Of a stretch of DNA of 64,000 bases, positions 27,537-38,054 are shown piece after piece; position 1 is the first letter of the stretch, and each line of letters starts with the position of its first letter. The stretch comes from a virus. Its lineage: Duplodnaviria > Caudoviricetes. Location of the stretch: positions 1,437 to 65,436 of IMG/VR virus record IMGVR_UViG_3300046474_000147. The stretch is one strand, 5' to 3'. Below the pieces are notes generated by a model. The model had not been told where the DNA came from and did no database searches. It saw nothing but the letters and a program-made list of their open reading frames with translations. The position numbers and the translations under genes are program-made.

Positions 27537-28101
27537 AGCCGCAGGATTCGTTCAACGGCTCCCACAGCAGACCGACAAGGCTGCGCAACTAGCGATCAAC
27601 ACCATTGCGACGAGAGGCGGATTGACATTGATCCGCCGCTCGGTTCTCGATGAGATCGCATTCCCCAAAAACTACCTCACCGACGACCGCCTCGGCGTCA
27701 CGAAGAAAGCCTCACCCGGCGATCTCGAAGCCGTGATTGCGGCGCGCGAGCGTCCAACCAGCCTCGCTCGATTCGCTGACGCAGGTACGCCGCTCGGAAG
27801 CCGGGCGCGCATTGGCGTGCGAGTGCATGTGAAGAGTGGCAACGGCACCGTCGCGCTGAAGCAGGCGTGGCTCACCAAACTGAAGAACGGAAACGTCGGC
27901 CTGGCCGTGCGCCTCAAGCCCGGTCAAGAACTGGCGAACCGCTACAAGGCCGTCAGCGCGTGGCTTGTGCCTAACAAGGTGGCGCTGCTGTACGGTCCAT
28001 CGGTCGATCAGGTGTTCCGCGACGTGTCGGAGAAAACTGCCGCGCCAATCGGACGCATGGTCACTGAGGAATTCCTTCGACAATTCGCGAGACTTTCATA
28101 A
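27517..28101 (+). CDS. Neck / tail completion protein (gpZ-like)
   Basis: Basic; LYGPSVDQVF near the C-terminus; synteny. Confidence 0.7.
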   Translation: MALSLLEAAGFVQRLPQQTDKAAQLAINTIATRGGLTLIRRSVLDEIAFPKNYLTDDRLGVTKKASPGDLEAVIAARERPTSLARFADAGTPLGSRARIGVRVHVKSGNGTVALKQAWLTKLKNGNVGLAVRLKPGQELANRYKAVSAWLVPNKVALLYGPSVDQVFRDVSEKTAAPIGRMVTEEFLRQFARLS

Positions 28102-28102
28102 C

Positions 28103-28630
28103 ATGACAATTACCCGCACACCGAAACCGAAACGCCTCGAAGTTCTGCTGAAACTGAAGGCGTTGCTAGAACAAATCTCAACTGCGAGTGGCTACAATTT
28201 CGACCTGGCAGGTAAGGTCCATCTGAACCGCCTGCTGTTCGGACAGGACGTAACCGGCAATCCGCCCGCCCTGTCAATCGTCGAAGCGCCGCGCACTGAT
28301 CCCGGCATCTACGGCGGCGAAGGGCGCGAGGCGCGTAGCGATTCCTGGCCGATTTTCATTCAGGGGATCTTGCCCGACACGAAGCTCGAAGCGAACGAAG
28401 GCGACATCTATTTCTTCGTGCAGGACGTGGAGCGAAAACTGAATCGAATTCAGGCGATGAAGCCCGGCAGCGGGACGCCAGAGTTTCCAGACGACTACAA
28501 CCTGGGTGGTATGATTGCGGGCGTTGAGATCGCGCCACCCGTAGTCCGGCCGCCCGAAGCAGGCGTATCCGACAACGTATTCTTCTATCTGCCGATTCGC
28601 ATTCAAATCGGCGTGAAGATTGGCGAGTGA
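28103..28630 (+). CDS. Tail terminator-like protein
   Basis: ATG at 28103; synteny before the major tail gene. Confidence 0.65.
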   Translation: MTITRTPKPKRLEVLLKLKALLEQISTASGYNFDLAGKVHLNRLLFGQDVTGNPPALSIVEAPRTDPGIYGGEGREARSDSWPIFIQGILPDTKLEANEGDIYFFVQDVERKLNRIQAMKPGSGTPEFPDDYNLGGMIAGVEIAPPVVRPPEAGVSDNVFFYLPIRIQIGVKIGE

Positions 28631-28680
28631 AATCGACTCGCAGATTGCATCACTAACCTTCCAAAACTGGAGATTCTGAA

Positions 28681-29502
28681 ATGAATGATGACGGCAAAAA
28701 CTACGTGCTCGGTAAGGGCCGGCTGTTCTTCGATATGTTCACCGCTGGCACCAAGGTCGGCGTCGGTGAACGCTACCTCGGCAACACGCCGGAACTGTCG
28801 CAGTCGCTCGCGCAGGATTCGCTCGACCACATCGACGCGGACCAGGGCTTGAACGTCAAGGACGAAAGCATCACGATCAAGAGCGACCTGAAGCTGACCT
28901 TCAAGACCGACAACATCAACGCCGAGAACATCGCAATGTTCTTCGGTGGCGACCTGTCGAAGTTGACCGTGGCATCGGCCCTGGCCGTCGTCAACCCCGA
29001 CCTGACCGTGAAGCGCGGCCTGAGCTATCAACTCGGCGCTGACGACACCACGCCGCACGGCACCCGCAAGATCACCAACGTGCTGATTAGTAAAGTGACG
29101 CCGGGCGCGTTGCCCGCCGATCCGCCGACCGTGACCCCACTCGCAACCCTGGCTGGCAACGTCGAACTGGATCTCGAACGTGCCCGCGTCTATGTCGAGA
29201 TCGACGCGCCCAACATCGCTGACGGCGACGTGCTGCGCGTGACCTACGACCAAGAAGCGTACACGAACGAAATCGTGATCGCCAAGGGCCAGCAGGTCGG
29301 CGGCGCTCTGCGCTTCCTGGCGAATAACCCGCACGGTAAGAACCGCGACTACTTCTGGCCGTACGCGAAGATCACCTCGAACGGCGACTACGCCCTGAAG
29401 GGTGACTCGTGGCAGGAAATGTCGTTCTCGGTCGAGGTTCTGAAGAAGGACAGCGCAACCGAGCGCGCCTACATCGACAGCGTGGCCGTGACGGCACCGT
29501 AA
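28681..29502 (+). CDS. Major tail tube protein
   Basis: NYVLGKGRLFF, GERYLGNTPE, GALRFLANNPHG. Confidence 0.85.
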   Translation: MNDDGKNYVLGKGRLFFDMFTAGTKVGVGERYLGNTPELSQSLAQDSLDHIDADQGLNVKDESITIKSDLKLTFKTDNINAENIAMFFGGDLSKLTVASALAVVNPDLTVKRGLSYQLGADDTTPHGTRKITNVLISKVTPGALPADPPTVTPLATLAGNVELDLERARVYVEIDAPNIADGDVLRVTYDQEAYTNEIVIAKGQQVGGALRFLANNPHGKNRDYFWPYAKITSNGDYALKGDSWQEMSFSVEVLKKDSATERAYIDSVAVTAP

Positions 29503-29518
29503 CCGGGAGAGCCCTGAA

Positions 29519-29941
29519 ATGGCACTGAAAGACTTTGCTATCCGCAAGGACAAGGTGTCGTTTCAGGGCGGTGTTCTCGAACTCCGAGGACTCGCCCTGA
29601 TCGACGTTTCGGTTCTCGTGCGGAACCACATGGACGAACTCAATCGCCTGCTCGGCCTGTATGACAACGAGCAGACCCGCGCAACGGCCCTGGCCGAAGC
29701 CGCGAACTTCGCCATCGCACTCGTGAAGGAATCGCCGCAGATCGTGGCGCAGATGATCGCGCTGGCGAGCGACGAGCCGGATGAAATCGCCGTGGCTGAA
29801 CGCCTGCCGCTGCCGGTGCAGGTTGAAGCGATGCGCAAGATCATCGAAATGACCTTCGAGGAAGCTGGTGGCGCAAAAAAGTTCCTCGACAGCCTGTTGA
29901 CGATGGTGGGCGGAATGATGCCGGTGCATTTGACGGCCTAG
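29519..29941 (+). CDS. Tail assembly chaperone (G-like)
   Basis: Between the tail tube and tape measure genes; slippery GCA AAA AAG near its 3' end. Confidence 0.8.
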   Translation: MALKDFAIRKDKVSFQGGVLELRGLALIDVSVLVRNHMDELNRLLGLYDNEQTRATALAEAANFAIALVKESPQIVAQMIALASDEPDEIAVAERLPLPVQVEAMRKIIEMTFEEAGGAKKFLDSLLTMVGGMMPVHLTA

Positions 29942-30201
29942 CGCACCTGACCCGCGCCGAGCGATTCCACAGGTCGCTCCGCGCACAGGTCAGCCTGTTG
30001 ATGTCCGAGGGGCACCCGCACGCAGACCGATACCCGCTGTCGAAACTGTGGATTGAAACCGAGATAGCACGCGAGCGAATCAATGCTCGATTGGCGTCAG
30101 AAGCTACGCTGATCCACTCAGCCATCGTTGCGGTTCTCGCGCCAGATGGTAAGGGCGTGGAAAACCTGAACCGACAACTGAAGAGACTCACCGATGGCTA
30201 A
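29875..30201 (+). CDS. -1 frameshift extension (G-T-like) from A AAA AAG at 29875..29881
   Basis: The -1 frame is open from 29881 through the TTG at 29998 to the stop at 30201 (read codon by codon). Confidence 0.75.
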   Translation, partial: KKVPRQPVDDGGRNDAGAFDGLAHLTRAERFHRSLRAQVSLLMSEGHPHADRYPLSKLWIETEIARERINARLASEATLIHSAIVAVLAPDGKGVENLNRQLKRLTDG

Positions 30202-33200
30202 TCAGACCCAAGACGTAGAACTGCGGATCAGGGCGTCCAACTACTCGAAGCAAACTACCGATCAGGTAGTGGACGCCCTGAAGAAGATGACCGCTGCGCA
30301 GGATGCGCAGATCGAAGCCGCGAAGAACGGCACGGTCACTGTCCAGCAACTCGAAAAATCCTACACCGATCTTGAATCCGCAGCGAAGGCGCTGTTGGGT
30401 CAGAACTCCCTCATCAAACTGTTCCAGTCGCAGACGCAAACGCTCGCGGATCTGGAATCAAAGCTCGCCGCCGCGCGCAAGGCGCAGCAGGACTTCATCA
30501 ACGCATCCAATTCTGGCATCAAGCCGTCGAAAACGTACGCGCAGTTCATGTCGGAGAACATGGCCGACTTCGTGAAGTCTGAAGGTAGCCAGAAGGCCGC
30601 CATGCAGCGCATGAAAACGGCATGGGCGGAATACAAGGCCGAGTTCGAGAAGCAGAACCCCGGCGCTGCGGCAGCGGCAGGCGACGCGAAGAAACTTAAG
30701 GATGCAGTCGCATCGGCCGAGAAAGAAATGGCGCGCGCGCAGGGTCGCATCGAAACGACGCAGAAGCGCCTGGCCGAATTCGGCATCAACTCAACCGACG
30801 CTGCCGCCGCGCAGCAGAAGATCGTGGCCGCCGTCTCCGCAGCGAATACGGCGCTCGAACGGCAGGACGCCGCGATCAGCACGCACGACGCGCACGCCGC
30901 CGCGCGCAAGGCGCAAGCCGACGCCATCGTGCAGCGTGAAGCTCAGGTCAAGGTGGACAACATATTCGCGCAGGCCGAGCGCGACGTGGCCGCAGCTCTG
31001 GAAGCTGAACGCAAGGCGCAGGTTGCGGCAAACCAGGCCGCCAACGACAAGAACCGCGAGCGCCAAGTCGAGGTGGACGTGATGTTCGCGCAGGCGCAGC
31101 GACAGGCCGCCGAGGAACTGAACCGCAAGACCGCTGCGATCAACGCGCAGAAAGCTGCGATGCAGGCCGCCGCCGATCAGGCCGAGCGTATGTCGCGCGG
31201 CGCTGGCACCACCGCACGCGGCACAGGGCCAGTGAGCACGCCAAACGTGGCCGGACAGATCCGCGACATTCAGAACCCGAACGACGCCGCTGTGCGCTCG
31301 CTGGATGGCATCGAGCAGGCGGTCGCCAAGCTGGAACGCCGCGTCAGCGAGATCCGTGGTCCGGTCAAGGACTACCGAGGTGCCATAGAAGAGACTACGC
31401 GGGCGCAGAAGGCGCTCATGGCTGTCGCTGGCGACATCGACGCCTACCAGCGTCAACAAACCGCCGTACGAGCCGCAGGTACGGAATTCGGGCGAGCACA
31501 GGCCGAGGTCCGCCGCCTAGTCGCAGAACTTCGTTCCGGTAACGCTGGCGAGGACGTTACGACGCGCCTCTCCCGCGCGCAGAACACAATGCAGCAGGCC
31601 GCGCAACGTCTCGGTAACGTCCGCACCGAAGCGCGCGCCATGCAAGCCGCCCTGCAAGCCGCAGGCGTTGATACGCGCAATCTCAGCGCGGCGGAACAGG
31701 CGCTCGTGGCGCAAGCGAACCGCGCGACAACGGCGCTCAACGCACTCAACGCGGCACATCAACGCCACGGAGCGGCGGCCGATGATTCCGGCTCGCGCCT
31801 GTTCCGCTGGTTCGGTGGAGACGGTGGGCGCACTACGCTGTCGTACATGCAGCGCATGCGCGGCGAACTGCTCTCCCTGGCCGCAGGTTTCGTCGGCCTG
31901 AACGCAACCATCGAACTCGGTAAGAAGTCGCTCGAAGCGTACCAAAACAACCAGGCGATCATGTCCCGCCTGACCATCGCGAATGGTGGCGATGTGCGCA
32001 AGGCTGCCGACGACTTCAAGTACCTTCAAGCGCAGGCCGACCGCATCGGCTTCTCGTTCGCGAAGGTGGCACCGGCATTCACGAAGTTCTCGATTGCCGC
32101 ACACGAAGCTGGCTGGAACACGCAGCAGACTCGCTTCTCGTTCGAGCAGATCGCGGGTGCAGCCGTTAAAGCGCGCCTCTCGACCGAAGATCTCGAAGGT
32201 GTGATGAAGGCGTTCGAGCAGATGATGTCGAAGGGCACCATCCAGGCCGAAGAACTGCGCGGCCAGCTTGGCGACCGCCTGCCTGGCGCATTCCAGATCG
32301 CAGCGCGCGCCGCGAAGATGAGCGTCGAGGATTACACCAAGGCTGTCTCTGAAGGCAAGATCGGTTCGGATCAGGTGCTCGCGATTGCACGCGAGTTGGG
32401 CAAGACGTACGGTGTGGCACAGAAGGGCGCTGAGACGCTGCTGGAAGCGCAGGCCCGCTTCGACAACGCCGCGAACCGATTCCTCACGAACACCGCTGCC
32501 GGTGGCTACGTGCAGTCCTTCCAGGCGCTGTTGAACAAGCTCACCGAAATGATGAACAACGGGCAGGCCGACAAGCTGGCGGCGCAACTGTCCGCAGGTT
32601 TCAGCGCCGTGATCGACGTTCTCAGCTTCGTGTCCGATCACATTGATGCGATCAAGGACGCCATTAAGGCGCTCATCGCGGTCGGCTTCATCAAGTGGCT
32701 TCTGGCGCTGCCCGGCTTTATCCGAATGTTCAAAGCTGAACTCATTCTCGCGAGTGCCGAACTCAGGACATTTCAGCGTTGGCTCGCCGTGCAGGAAGTG
32801 GCCGCTGCTGCGTCCACGGCTCTCGGCGCTGGCGGCCTTACCGGCGTTGTCGCTCGACTCACGCCTGTCCTGACAGGCGCGGCAAGTGCCGCCATGCTGC
32901 TCACCAAAGGGCTCGGCTTGCTCGCTGTCGGCTATGCGGCATACGAAGCGACGAAAACCGGACTGTCCTTCGTTGACGATAATGAGCGCGCAAAAGTTAA
33001 GGACACGATAAACGCGACCACCAAGGCGTTGCAGGACGCCGCCCATGCGCAGCAGGAATACGAAAAGACCATCGGGACCGCGAACGAAGCGCGCTTCAAG
33101 GGGCAGCGTGATCGCTTCCAGAAGATCGCCACGGATGCGCTGAAGGCTCAATCCGATGCGGTCAAGGCCGCAGGCGGGTTCCACCTCTTCAGCAACGGGC

Positions 33201-35098
33201 CGGACAAAATTCTTAACGAAGATGTGCAGAACGCACTCAAGCGGCAAGCTGCCATCACGAACACACCGAAGCCCGGCACTGACGATTATTCCGGTGCGAC
33301 GCCAGATCCAGGCAATCCGTCCGGCGAGCGTCAACGCAGGGCTCAGTTGCAGAAAGCCCTGGACGCAGAGGACAAGAAAACGCAGCGCCAGATGAAGCTC
33401 GCTCGCCTGAAGGCCGAGAAGGGTGACTTGGCCGAACGCCTCGAAATCATCAAGGAGTGGTACGACGATCAGAAAGAGAAGTATCGCGCCGCGACCAAGG
33501 ATGACGTTGAGTACAACGAGGCGGTCAAGAAGATCGACGCGTCGTATGCGAAGGCTGCCGCGCTCGAACGGCAGAAGTACGCCAACGAGCAGGCCAAGCA
33601 GGGTGAGAGTGCAGCCAAGAAGCGCGCGACCTTGATGGAAAACCTCAAAGAGCAGGTTAAGGCCGCTGAAGCCGACATCGCGAAGAGTGAAGCCAAGCAG
33701 GATCGCGACATTCCGTTCGAGAAACGGATGGATGCCCGCGTCGATGCCGTGATGAAGGCGTACGACGCAATGAATAAAGAGATCGCCAAGCTGCGCCCGC
33801 TCGATCCGGCTGCTGCGGCAGCATTCGACAAGCGCCTGGAGAAGATCAAGACTGAACGCGCCGAGATCGAGAAGACCAACGCGATCCGCGACGAGGCAAA
33901 TGTCCTGCTGGACGAGTACAACAAGAAGCAGGGCATCCTCAATAACCAGATCGCCGCGATCAAGACCGAGCATGACATGGGCTTCATCGACGATGCCGAG
34001 GCGGCAAAGCGGATTAGCGAACAGGTCAAGACGTGGGCTCCAGAAATCGACGCTGCCGGTCAAGCGGCGCTGAAGTTCGCCGCGTTCAATGCCAATGCGC
34101 TCGACCCGACGCGCTTCGCTGAGATCGTGTCCACCATCCGGCAAGGCATGGCGCGGAACAACGCCGATGCGCAGGCGGCCGTTACGAACATGAACGCGGC
34201 GCAGGCGCAGATGAACGAACTGCTCGCAATGCAGCAACGCGAAATGGACAAGATCCACACGCAGAGACAGATCGGCAAGCTCGATGCGAATCAGGAAGTC
34301 GATGCGATCAACGCCACCACGGCGAAGTACGCTGGCAGCATTCAGTACATGGCGCAAGAACTGTTGAACTTCGTCGCCATCGTCCGCGAGAAGGGCGGTA
34401 TGAAGCCGGAAGAGTTGGCCGTGATCGAGGCGGCTGCTGGTCGTGTGCTGACCGTATCGAAGGCGAACGTGGCCGTCGCGAAGGAATGGGAAACCACGCT
34501 GGTTCAATCGGTCACGCAGAACGGCGTCACCGCGTTCGACCAAATGGCCGAATCCATCGCCAAGGTAGTCAACGGGCAGCAGAGCGTGGCTGAAGGTTTC
34601 CACGGCATGCTGCGAGCAGCAGGCACGTTCTTCGCGAGCCTCATGCGCGACCTGGCTGCGGCGATCCTGCGCACCATGATCCTCAAGGCTCTCAGCAACT
34701 CCACCATGTTCGGCAGCGGTGTATCTGGCGCGGCTACGCAGATGCTCGCCGGTCACCACAACGGCGGCATTGCTGGCTCGACCCCGACCTTCTCTCGCAT
34801 GGTGCCCGCGTCGTCGATGCGCGCCGCTATCCGCTACCACACTGGCGGCATCGCTGGCTTCGCGCCGAACGAGGTTCCGGCCGTGCTGCAAAAAGGTGAA
34901 GAGGTGTTGACCCGCGACGATCCGCGTCACGTCCTGAACGGCGGTGCGCGTGCGGCTGAAGGCGGTGGCTCGCAGCGGTTCGTGCTGGTGGACGACCGCA
35001 GCCAGGTTCCGCAGGCGATGGCGTCCGCCGAAGGTGAGAAGGTCGTGCTCGTCCACCTGAAGAACAATCTCCCAACCATCAAGGCAATGCTCCGATAA
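30194..35098 (+). CDS. Tape measure protein
   Basis: 1634 aa, Ala/Gln-rich; QMMSKGTIQAEELRGQLGDRLPGA; C-terminal HTGG...EVPAVLQKGEEVLT. Confidence 0.92.
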   Translation: MANQTQDVELRIRASNYSKQTTDQVVDALKKMTAAQDAQIEAAKNGTVTVQQLEKSYTDLESAAKALLGQNSLIKLFQSQTQTLADLESKLAAARKAQQDFINASNSGIKPSKTYAQFMSENMADFVKSEGSQKAAMQRMKTAWAEYKAEFEKQNPGAAAAAGDAKKLKDAVASAEKEMARAQGRIETTQKRLAEFGINSTDAAAAQQKIVAAVSAANTALERQDAAISTHDAHAAARKAQADAIVQREAQVKVDNIFAQAERDVAAALEAERKAQVAANQAANDKNRERQVEVDVMFAQAQRQAAEELNRKTAAINAQKAAMQAAADQAERMSRGAGTTARGTGPVSTPNVAGQIRDIQNPNDAAVRSLDGIEQAVAKLERRVSEIRGPVKDYRGAIEETTRAQKALMAVAGDIDAYQRQQTAVRAAGTEFGRAQAEVRRLVAELRSGNAGEDVTTRLSRAQNTMQQAAQRLGNVRTEARAMQAALQAAGVDTRNLSAAEQALVAQANRATTALNALNAAHQRHGAAADDSGSRLFRWFGGDGGRTTLSYMQRMRGELLSLAAGFVGLNATIELGKKSLEAYQNNQAIMSRLTIANGGDVRKAADDFKYLQAQADRIGFSFAKVAPAFTKFSIAAHEAGWNTQQTRFSFEQIAGAAVKARLSTEDLEGVMKAFEQMMSKGTIQAEELRGQLGDRLPGAFQIAARAAKMSVEDYTKAVSEGKIGSDQVLAIARELGKTYGVAQKGAETLLEAQARFDNAANRFLTNTAAGGYVQSFQALLNKLTEMMNNGQADKLAAQLSAGFSAVIDVLSFVSDHIDAIKDAIKALIAVGFIKWLLALPGFIRMFKAELILASAELRTFQRWLAVQEVAAAASTALGAGGLTGVVARLTPVLTGAASAAMLLTKGLGLLAVGYAAYEATKTGLSFVDDNERAKVKDTINATTKALQDAAHAQQEYEKTIGTANEARFKGQRDRFQKIATDALKAQSDAVKAAGGFHLFSNGPDKILNEDVQNALKRQAAITNTPKPGTDDYSGATPDPGNPSGERQRRAQLQKALDAEDKKTQRQMKLARLKAEKGDLAERLEIIKEWYDDQKEKYRAATKDDVEYNEAVKKIDASYAKAAALERQKYANEQAKQGESAAKKRATLMENLKEQVKAAEADIAKSEAKQDRDIPFEKRMDARVDAVMKAYDAMNKEIAKLRPLDPAAAAAFDKRLEKIKTERAEIEKTNAIRDEANVLLDEYNKKQGILNNQIAAIKTEHDMGFIDDAEAAKRISEQVKTWAPEIDAAGQAALKFAAFNANALDPTRFAEIVSTIRQGMARNNADAQAAVTNMNAAQAQMNELLAMQQREMDKIHTQRQIGKLDANQEVDAINATTAKYAGSIQYMAQELLNFVAIVREKGGMKPEELAVIEAAAGRVLTVSKANVAVAKEWETTLVQSVTQNGVTAFDQMAESIAKVVNGQQSVAEGFHGMLRAAGTFFASLMRDLAAAILRTMILKALSNSTMFGSGVSGAATQMLAGHHNGGIAGSTPTFSRMVPASSMRAAIRYHTGGIAGFAPNEVPAVLQKGEEVLTRDDPRHVLNGGARAAEGGGSQRFVLVDDRSQVPQAMASAEGEKVVLVHLKNNLPTIKAMLR

Positions 35099-35100
35099 CT

Positions 35101-36756
35101 ATGGCACTCCGCACACCCTATGACTTCGACAAAGACCCGCCCGGCGAGTATGGTGAAAAGCTCGTCGCGGTGGCTGATCCGCTCGGCGCTGCGCCCCAAG
35201 GCACCTACTACTTCGCGCGCCACTTCAACTTCACCGAAGGCACGTACACATTCCTCGTGGAAGCCGACGATGCGGCGACGCTCTGGCTAGGCACCACGCA
35301 GTTCGATACGCGCGTTATCGCGTCGGCGGTGCTCGGTCAGGCCGCCCGCAACGACATCTACATTCAGCAGGGCCAGTTCCGCCTCGACGTGGTGCTGCGG
35401 AATACGCCTGCGGCGCTTACACCGTGCTACTTCACGCTGGTGATCCTGCGTGACGGCGAGGTGGTGTACGCATCGTCGAAGGACGACTGGCTGCTGGACG
35501 ACGGCTCCATCAATGACGCGGATCTGCCGCAGACCGACGATATTCGATTCAAGCTGCCGGTGTGGTCGATCCTGCCGAATTGGGAGAGCGGCATCACCGA
35601 GCGCCTGGTGTGGCAGACCGACGTGATGGCGAGCGAGACTGACGCCGAGCAGCGTCGCTCGGTTCGCCGCAACGCTCGCCGCACGTTCGAGGCATCGTTT
35701 CTGCGGCAGCGCGCGCAGCGTGCCCGCATGGACTCGTTCTTCGTCGGCGTCGGCTCGTCGCAGTTCATGCTGCCGCTGTGGCACGAGCAGGTGAAGATGA
35801 TCGACGGCATCGACATGGAAGCGACCGGCGTGGTTCTCGACGCCCTGCCGATGCGTGAGTTCCGCAAGGGCGACCTCGTGTTCGTGAACAACGGTGATCC
35901 GAGCGACTACGACATTCTGCAAGTCGGTGAACTTGAACTAGGCCGCTTCTCGTGGGCGTTCCCACCTCCGCGCAAATGGCCGGTCGGCACGCGCATTTAC
36001 CCTATGCGCCTGGCACGCATCGAATCGCAGGCTCCAAAGATGTCGAATATCACGGACACCGTGAGCCAGGCGCAAGTGCTGTTCGATCTCGTCGAGCCGT
36101 ACGAGATCGACGCGTCGTGGGGTTCGATCGACAACGGCGAGCCGCTGTTCCACTTCGCCGTGGATCGTGTGCAGGCTCTCGACGTTGAGTTCTCACGTAA
36201 GTCGTTCGCGCTGGACAATCAGGCGAGCGTTCCTTCCGTGGTCGATCACGGCAAGTACACAACGAGCACCACGTCGGTGAGGCTGCGCTTGTTCGGCCGT
36301 AATGCCGCGTACAGCTACAGGCAATTTCTGCAAGCCGCACGCGGTCGCTCGCAGACGTTCATGTGCCCGACCTTCATGGCCGACGTGTACCCGCTTGGCG
36401 ACATCGCTGCCGGTTCTGATCTGCTGATCGAGGACCAGGGATTCCGCGCCGCGATGGCAGTCCCGCAGCCGGTGCGAATTCAATTGGCGTTTCAATTCCA
36501 TGACGCCCCGACCCTGTATCGCACGATCACCGACGCGCACGCGCTGCATAGCGGCCTGCGCACTACCGGCGAGAAGCTGACGCTGGACTCGCCGCTGCCG
36601 TCGATTAAACTGTCCGATCTCAAGCGTATCTCGTTCCTGTGCGAGACGCGATTCGATCAAGACCAGTTCGAGATCCACCACCCGAGCAGCAATCAGGTGG
36701 TGGTCGATACCGCCCTGGTACTGCGCCAATTCACCGACAAGAGGACTCCGCAATGA
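35101..36756 (+). CDS. Distal tail-type protein with an N-terminal PA14-like domain
   Basis: Follows the tape measure gene; GTYTFLVEADDAATLWLG. Confidence 0.7.
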   Translation: MALRTPYDFDKDPPGEYGEKLVAVADPLGAAPQGTYYFARHFNFTEGTYTFLVEADDAATLWLGTTQFDTRVIASAVLGQAARNDIYIQQGQFRLDVVLRNTPAALTPCYFTLVILRDGEVVYASSKDDWLLDDGSINDADLPQTDDIRFKLPVWSILPNWESGITERLVWQTDVMASETDAEQRRSVRRNARRTFEASFLRQRAQRARMDSFFVGVGSSQFMLPLWHEQVKMIDGIDMEATGVVLDALPMREFRKGDLVFVNNGDPSDYDILQVGELELGRFSWAFPPPRKWPVGTRIYPMRLARIESQAPKMSNITDTVSQAQVLFDLVEPYEIDASWGSIDNGEPLFHFAVDRVQALDVEFSRKSFALDNQASVPSVVDHGKYTTSTTSVRLRLFGRNAAYSYRQFLQAARGRSQTFMCPTFMADVYPLGDIAAGSDLLIEDQGFRAAMAVPQPVRIQLAFQFHDAPTLYRTITDAHALHSGLRTTGEKLTLDSPLPSIKLSDLKRISFLCETRFDQDQFEIHHPSSNQVVVDTALVLRQFTDKRTPQ

Positions 36757-37568
36757 CGTTCGCAGCAATCGAGACTAGCGATAACGCTGGCCGCCCAATC
36801 TTCCTGTACGCCTTCGTCCTCGGCGCGGCCACCTGGCGCTATACGTCGTCAGACATGGACGTGAGCGTGGACGGCTACGCGTGGAAGGCTTCGCCTATTT
36901 CGGACGATGGCGTGAAGCAGACTGGAGACGCGGTGACCGACAGCCTTACGATCACGGCTCCCAACACCATCGCGCCGGTACAGATGTTCTTCGGCACCCC
37001 GCCGTCGCAGGCGATCATGGTCAAGATCTACCACTACCACGAGGGTGACGGACAGGCCGTTCTTGCGTATGTCGGAGAACTGATTCAGGTCAATCAGCCG
37101 CAGCCAGGTACAGCGACTCTCACCTGCGACGCGATCAACGCCTCGATGCGGCGCGACGGCCTGCGGCTTGCGTGGCAGCGCAATTGCCCATACGCGCTGT
37201 ACGACGACGTTACCTGCCAGGTCGATAAGGCGGAACACGGCGTCCCTGTAACCGTGGCCGATGTCGTCGGTAGCACCGTCTATTTCAACGGAATGAACGC
37301 TGCGAAAGGTACGTTCGACGGCGGCTTCATCGAATGGACTCACCCGACTCGCGGCACTGAATTCATGGCTATCGAATCGCAGGACGGCGGTGCCTGTGAA
37401 ATGTTCGGTATGACCGACGGGCTATACTACGGCCTCGCAGCTACCGCCTACCCCGGTTGCAACCGAACGGTGGATGACTGCACAAAAAAATTCGACAACT
37501 TGGACAACTTCGGCGGCGTACCTGATCTTCCAGGCAAATCGCCGTTCGACGGTGATCCGGTGTTCTGA
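36753..37568 (+). CDS. DUF2163/BR0599-type tail tip protein (gpL-like, Cys cluster)
   Basis: ATGA overlap; CPYALY..C and GCNRTVDDC..KFDNLDNFGG. Confidence 0.85.
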   Translation: MTFAAIETSDNAGRPIFLYAFVLGAATWRYTSSDMDVSVDGYAWKASPISDDGVKQTGDAVTDSLTITAPNTIAPVQMFFGTPPSQAIMVKIYHYHEGDGQAVLAYVGELIQVNQPQPGTATLTCDAINASMRRDGLRLAWQRNCPYALYDDVTCQVDKAEHGVPVTVADVVGSTVYFNGMNAAKGTFDGGFIEWTHPTRGTEFMAIESQDGGACEMFGMTDGLYYGLAATAYPGCNRTVDDCTKKFDNLDNFGGVPDLPGKSPFDGDPVF

Positions 37569-37599
37569 TCCTACGGGACCAAACTAGGGAGTGTGAAGC

Positions 37600-37836
37600 A
37601 TGAATATCGGATGGGCGATTTTTCAACTCGTCGCATCGTACCTAATCAGTCTTGCGCTGACGCCGAAGCCGCAGGATGCGAAGGCAACCGCATTCAAAGA
37701 CATCGACTTCCCGCAGGCCGACGAAGGTACTCCGCAGGCGGTGATCTTCGGTGATTGCTGGACTGGCGACTGGATGGTGCTCGCTGTCGGCAACTACCGC
37801 GTCGATGAGATCCATGCGAGCGGGGGCAAGAAATGA
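37600..37836 (+). CDS. Small tail assembly protein
   Basis: DFPQADEGTPQAVIFG; 78 aa. Confidence 0.75.
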   Translation: MNIGWAIFQLVASYLISLALTPKPQDAKATAFKDIDFPQADEGTPQAVIFGDCWTGDWMVLAVGNYRVDEIHASGGKK

Positions 37837-38054
37837 CGACCGTTCGCGTACGCCACATTCGCCAGGCGGGATTTTGCGCGAGCGGTGCGCGTGACTGGTT
37901 TAGGCGGCACGATCTCGACTATCCGGCATTTCTGAGGGATGGCGTTGACGCTGAAGTGCTCGAAAAGCTTGGCGACCACTTCGGTAACCAGGTGGTCGCG
38001 CTGGCGCGTGCAGAAGAACAAGCACAACTGAAAGAGGCAGACGATGGGCGGTAG
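37833..38054 (+). CDS. Small tail assembly protein
   Basis: GFCASGARDWF..H.LD; 73 aa. Confidence 0.75.
   Translation: MTTVRVRHIRQAGFCASGARDWFRRHDLDYPAFLRDGVDAEVLEKLGDHFGNQVVALARAEEQAQLKEADDGR

Noticed and set aside
8620-35056. Long antisense or alternate-frame ORFs such as 8620..10047, 16594..18150, 19753..22035 and 31517..35056
   Set aside because: They lie opposite well-supported genes; shadow ORFs are expected at high GC3; no motifs or RBS
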